64,000 nucleotides of DNA. Source: Eledone cirrhosa (lineage: Eukaryota). The translations under genes were made by a program, and so were the position numbers. Shown piece after piece: positions 58,890-64,000 of the stretch. The DNA lies in contig CAXHJY010001072.1 of NCBI GenBank assembly GCA_964016885.1, positions 1 through 64,000 of the forward strand. Reading direction: 5' to 3'. The notes beneath the pieces were generated by a model. The model searched no databases. It had not been told where the DNA came from and saw nothing but the letters and a program-made list of their open reading frames with translations. Each line of letters starts with the position of its first letter. Position 1 is the stretch's first letter.

Positions 58890-59307
58890 CTATATATAGA
58901 TAGATATGTATGTATATATATTTGTGTGTATGTCTGTGTATACGGATACATTGGTAGATTAAGGATATAAATCGTTTGATTTACTGCCATATGTGATCCA
59001 TTAAGAGTTACTCAGAAGTAGTTAAAACTTCCTTTATACGATTAATTTCTCCCCTTGTTCTTCTCTTATCTGATAGCGTCAATGGGTTTTGTCGACCGGA
59101 GTCAAATAAACAGTAAATTCCGAAAGAATAATATGAAGATAAGCATACATGAAAACCACATTTCTCCCTCCTTGCTTGCTGCCATATTTATTATTTATTT
59201 TGTACTCTCTCATCTGCCTCTTTACTATAAATATATATATATATATATATATTTATTTATATATTTATATATATATATATATTTATCTATTTATTTATTT
59301 ATATATG

Positions 59308-59390
<83 letters not shown>

Positions 59391-59474
59391 GTAATAACAA
59401 AAATAACGAAACAAACGGCACAGTACAGTACATGGAAGCAATATATTAGTATAACACTTGAAATAGCAGAAAGA

Positions 59475-59517
59475 GAGTCGTAACGTTTCGGATACTAGTC
59501 CTTCATCAGAGAAGATA
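59475..59517 (-). ncRNA. Minimal hammerhead core with a weak stem I
   Basis: CUGAUGA-A-GGA-cuagua-UCC-GAAA-cgu-UA; stem III is the palindrome AACGUU. Confidence 0.55.
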
Positions 59518-59746
59518 GAGTTAGAAATAGAAGATAAATAAAAAGTAAAGAGTGGTGAGAAGGAAAGGGGAAAATGAGAAAAAATTTGTGGAGAAAAAAA
59601 ATCACACAGAGAATAAATACCCGATGATATCTCGGCTGCAAATACTTTTGGGTCTCCAATAGTCGCTAAAGACATCGAAGTAACAGATGCTGGTGTTAAA
59701 TCGGGCGAAGGATTAAGTCTACTGCCCAAGTAAGCCCCACACACAC

Positions 59747-59781
<35 letters not shown>

Positions 59782-59986
59782 TCATATACACACACCTATA
59801 TATAGCTAGATGAAATTCACACCTATATATATGGCTATTTCTGGACAGTCCAGAAATTGCCGTCGAAACGGCTCGAGCTCTTTCGCCGGGGTCTTGAACA
59901 TTTTTTCTATTACCCACTCTACTACCCTAAGTATTGAGCACTCTGGTGCGTTATGGTCAACCTGGTTCCTTACCACACTTCATTCG

Positions 59987-60019
<33 letters not shown>

Positions 60020-60292
60020 TACATACACATATATATATATATACATACATATACACACACCTATATATATCAGCAAGAATGAAGGGTTCATTCTAGTGAC
60101 ATGGCTTTAAAAATGAGACTTGTTTGCATAATTAGAAACGAATCGAATGTTATTATTAATATTCGAAATTATCCCAGTGTATAAAGTACCAGTAATACAC
60201 TGGGATAATTGCTGGCCTTGTACCAAAAGTAGAAACAATTATTAATATTCGAAAAACTCAAACTACATTTAATATATATATAAATATAATAG

Positions 60293-60517
60293 TAATACAA
60301 GAATGAATGGTTAATCCTTCATTACGTTTATTGGTTGGTGAGGCGCGTTTCGCTACTGATCCTCTCATTCTGGCATTACCACTACAGAGGTCCGACGAGC
60401 TTTTGATTCCAGAGTCGGGTCAGATCGATACAGATCGAACCTTGAGCTGATCAGTAGCTAAACGTGCGTCACCAACCAATAAACGTAATGAAGAAGTAAC
60501 CATTCGTCCTTGTATTA
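60293..60517 (+). mobile_element. Fold-back module with a degenerate hammerhead (60389-60473)
   Basis: Arms 60293-60361 and 60449-60517. The motif reads GGU-CCGACGA-GCU...AGC-UAAA-cgugcg-UC-ACC; the inverted arm keeps GAAA. A related decayed copy lies at ~54918-55005(-). Confidence 0.65.
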
Positions 60518-60724
60518 TAATATTACACACTGTCTAGCTCTACACCTCCATATTGACGTGAACCTAAACATCGAGTGCTCACCCGGGTGAGCCTACAGTA
60601 ACTCCTCGTTACACTCTCTATATACTGTATATATATATAGGAAAAAGTAAGACCCCGACGGCAGAGCTGAAGCCGTTTCGACGGTGCGATATGGTCCATC
60701 TGGTTCCTTACCACAGTTCCTTCG

Positions 60725-60789
<65 letters not shown>

Positions 60790-61164
60790 CAGATACATAC
60801 ATATCGAACATAGAGCTAGTAGCTTCAATTATATCGTGTATTTTGCTGTTTATTTATTTTCCTCATTTCGTGTCGAACCGTGAAGCAGCAGTAAAGCACC
60901 AGTGTCATTCTACCAAATCGAATTCCTGGTGGAAATATAAACATTGCACTGATATATCTTGTTCATGTTCAGCGTTCCACTATTCTGTTCATTCAATTAA
61001 TACATGCGGTTTATAGTAAAACTATTTGAATTATGGGGAAAAAGAGAACTACGTAGTTAAACATCAGATCTTCACCATGGGTTGCCATATTCTCATTACA
61101 TTAGAAACATATTCCTTAAGGTACATGCTGTTCAGAAAGAAACTTGGCCTGCTGTTGTTGTTGT

Positions 61165-61202
<38 letters not shown>

Positions 61203-61252
61203 ATGTATCTATGTGTATATATGTATCTATGTGTGTGTGTGTGTGTGTGTGT

Positions 61253-61448
61253 GAAGGTGCGTGGCTGAGTGGTTAGATTCGCAATCGTGAGGTTGTGATT
61301 TCGATTCCCAGACCGGGCGATGCGGTATGTCCTTGAGCAAGACACTTTATTTTCCGTTGCTCCTTCTGCCTGGTGTTGCAACCGACAGATACCATTAGCA
61401 ATTAGAAAGATGAACAGAAACATTGTTTCCTCGGTCCGATTTGACGAA
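61253..61448 (+). mobile_element. tRNA-derived SINE
   Basis: tggctgagtggtta (A box), atttcgattccc (B box) and gtccttgagcaagacac core. Confidence 0.8.
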
Positions 61449-61594
61449 TAGAAGCTTTCGCCGTATTTACCAAAGAATTTTAGCCTGATTGTGGGGTTTA
61501 GAAACCTCTAAAAAATAGAAAAGGATGAGTATTGACAGACCCCTGTGCTACCATAACACTAACACATCCCAGGGTGATTATATATATATATATG

Positions 61595-61775
61595 GGAAAA
61601 AGTATGACCCCGACGGCAGAGCTCAAGCCGACGGCTATTTGAGTCCAGAAATAGCCGAAACGGCTTGAGTTCTGCCGTCGGGGTCATACCTTTTCCTATT
61701 ACCCACACTACTACCCTAAGTATTGAGTACTCTGGTGCGTTATGGTCCATCTGGTTCCTTACCACATCTCCTTCG

Positions 61776-61778
<3 letters not shown>
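61595..61778 (+). repeat. Palindrome-headed repeat family, copy
   Basis: Same body as 30118-30308, flanked by (TA)n. Confidence 0.85.
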
Positions 61779-61822
<44 letters not shown>

Positions 61823-62533
61823 TCCTGAAACATATTATGTTATGGTAGGAAAAGTTTTTCCGGCCTCCTTTTTTTCTGCTATCAGTCACATTCAGTCTCT
61901 CTGCACCCCAGCCCCACCAATGGCATTAACACTACCCTGTGGTGTTTTGATTTAATTTGTCACTTTCGATCAGTCATCATTGAATCTACTGACAACCACC
62001 GGAAACCACTACAGGAAGATGACACCCCCATCATTGAGCGCAACGACATAGTGGAATACTTGCTTCCATGTATATTACTTTCACATTTACACATCCTTTT
62101 AAGTGTGGCTAGATGACTCTCTGGGCAGAGAGAAACTCCAAGTTTGTTTCTCTAGTAAAATACAATGCGTCAAAGCAGTGGCTTAAACTGCTACAAATAG
62201 CAACCAAATTCCTTTCAATCACACCCTTCCATCTAAAAACAAGAAGAACACATAGTAAATGTTGGTCTTAGACATAAAAAAGATGGAATAGTGACGGCTC
62301 GAATGTATTTCATCGTACGTCCAATCAGAGTTTAACTAAATTACCAATTCCTCTATATGTTGCTAAAAATGACTTGTTAAAAATAGCTGCCAAATCATTC
62401 TTGAATTTCAGTTTATATTCTGAAAAATAAATAACTTATTAGATAATGACGATTTTGTTAGAACATGGCAAGAAAAGGTTTGAGGGTGGTTGTTGCACTC
62501 GGAATATCCTTCATTATAGGTTTGTAGATCAGG

Positions 62534-62690
62534 TAGTGCCAGATTAACCAATGTGCTTAGGTGCGCTTAAGCACAGGGTGGGGGAAGCCTATCTTTCTGC
62601 CCCAAAAATGTTTTACGATGATTTTTTCAAATGTAAGGGGCATCATAACTTAACTTGCACAGGGCTCCATTTGTCCTAAATCCGGCACCG
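62534..62690. mobile_element. hAT-type MITE, decayed
   Basis: tagtgccagatta...taaatccggcaccg; partial TSD agatc. Confidence 0.55.
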
Positions 62691-63249
62691 AGATCGATGC
62701 TAAGCCAGTGACAACAACTAGCAAGGAATCAATATATGGCTACTCAGACTACTAGAAATTGCAGTCAAATTCCTCTCAAATTATGTTCTACCGTTTTAAA
62801 AAAGAAGGAATCCATTGAACAATGTAGACTTCAATGTTCAATGTTCGTGTGGGGGACAGTATAATCTTAGACAGAAGGCCTCTAATGACAGGGCTTAACA
62901 ACAACAACAACCACAACAACAACAAAAATCAACTGTGACGACCTCAACGATTAGGCTGGGAATTCAAATATTTTTAAGAAAAAAAGTTGCATAAAATATC
63001 ATTGAAAGTTCAATAAATAATTTCATTGTTTTATTTAAAATATTGAATAAAATGTGGTTTTCCTATATACGTGTGCTGCTGTTATATAAATAGTTGTGTC
63101 ATTGAGTACAAGTCACGTATTGCCACTTAATAAGCAACTTTAAATATATGTTTAATTTACTATTATATATGATATTTGAAGGATGTGTGAACAACCAAAC
63201 ACATCAGTAATTTATTGAAGTTGTTGTCTTCCTGTTTCTTCTACAACAA

Positions 63250-63650
63250 CTACAACGGTACGCGATGGGGCCCACCCACAGCCCCGGCGGACAGAATGGA
63301 GAAGGCGTTTCCCCGGAGGACGGCAAGGGAGACGCGCTGGAAAAGACACTCCAACTCGCGGGGCTTGCACCTGCGGCTGGCCAGCTCAGCGCCTATGGTG
63401 GTGAGTAAGGAGGTAGCCCTGGGGCCGAGGACACCAGAAGTCTCCACTGCCAGGGGTACGACCACAAACCTGTCGAAGAGCGACCGGTATTTGAGGAGTT
63501 TGGCCCCCTCAGCCCGACGTGCAGCAGAACCTGGGTCAGTCGCAGACTGCACCAGGTTGAGGCTGCAGAAAGTGTCGGTGCAAGTGGCATCCCAGACGAG
63601 GGGTTTGCCACCGCGGAACGGGAAGATGGTCATGCCATCTGACCTTTTGC
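63250..63650 (-). mobile_element. CRE-clade non-LTR retrotransposon 3' fragment (restriction-like endonuclease domain)
   Basis: RSDGMTIFPFRGGKPLVWDATCTDT...KY...PLAVETSGVLG...FQRVSLAVLRGNA; GC-rich relative to the flanks. Confidence 0.75.
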
Positions 63651-63864
63651 AAATTTCGACATTTTTTCCAAACCAAAATTGTCACGCTTTCTCTCAGCTC
63701 CATCGGAGCTAATTAGAGAAGAGACAACAACAAAGACGACGAGGAAATAACGATAGAATTTCTATGTAGGCGTTTGACGTGCTAGAAATAGCAAACAAAT
63801 CTCTGACAGTCATGAGAAAAACGACACATACATACATGTGTTTTAAAGCTAGGACTGAATAATA

Positions 63865-64000
63865 ATAATTGTTTCTACTTTTGGCACAAGGCCAGCAATT
63901 ATCCAGTGCATTACTGGTACTTTATTTTATCGACCCCGTAAGGATGAAAGGCAAAGTTAACCTCGGCGAGATTTGAACTCAGACAATAAAGGAATGTAAC
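63865..64000 (-). mobile_element. Nin/Deu-core SINE, cut by the window end
   Basis: Same family as 51028-51218. Confidence 0.8.

Noticed and set aside
51028-61448. tRNA-like A/B boxes at several sites
   Set aside because: They are SINE heads; no complete cloverleaf tRNA gene was seen.

Overview
Repeat-dominated, AT-rich animal (eukaryotic) genomic DNA. The tRNA-derived SINE families suggest an octopus or other cephalopod; this is an inference. I found no convincing host gene. Most of the supplied ORFs are translations of (TA)n, (CA)n or (GA)n microsatellites. Real coding sequence is all transposon-derived: three Penelope-like elements (RT + GIY-YIG), one of them a near-complete Naiad-type element with ~0.7 kb pseudo-LTRs; two CR1-like LINEs; RTE, HERO-like and CRE-like fragments; and a DD37D (maT) Tc1/mariner element. 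There are also many MITEs and SINEs. The main hidden signal is a dense set of type I hammerhead ribozyme motifs (CUGAnGA...GAAA...UH) read directly from the sequence: about 14 with an intact core and several degenerate ones, belonging to many unrelated sequence families. They include (1) a young 311-bp tandem array with four direct copies and one inverted copy, each a highly structured unit carrying a hammerhead, which looks like a non-LTR retrozyme / circular-RNA element; (2) a ~483-bp terminally redundant monomer with a textbook hammerhead; (3) hammerheads in the Penelope pseudo-LTRs; and (4) several fold-back modules with a 5' inverted copy. Nearly all sit in (TA)n tracts. Together they suggest a Penelope-driven, ribozyme-based ecosystem of non-autonomous retroelements. 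Ribozyme activity, circular RNA and novelty are predictions that need testing.
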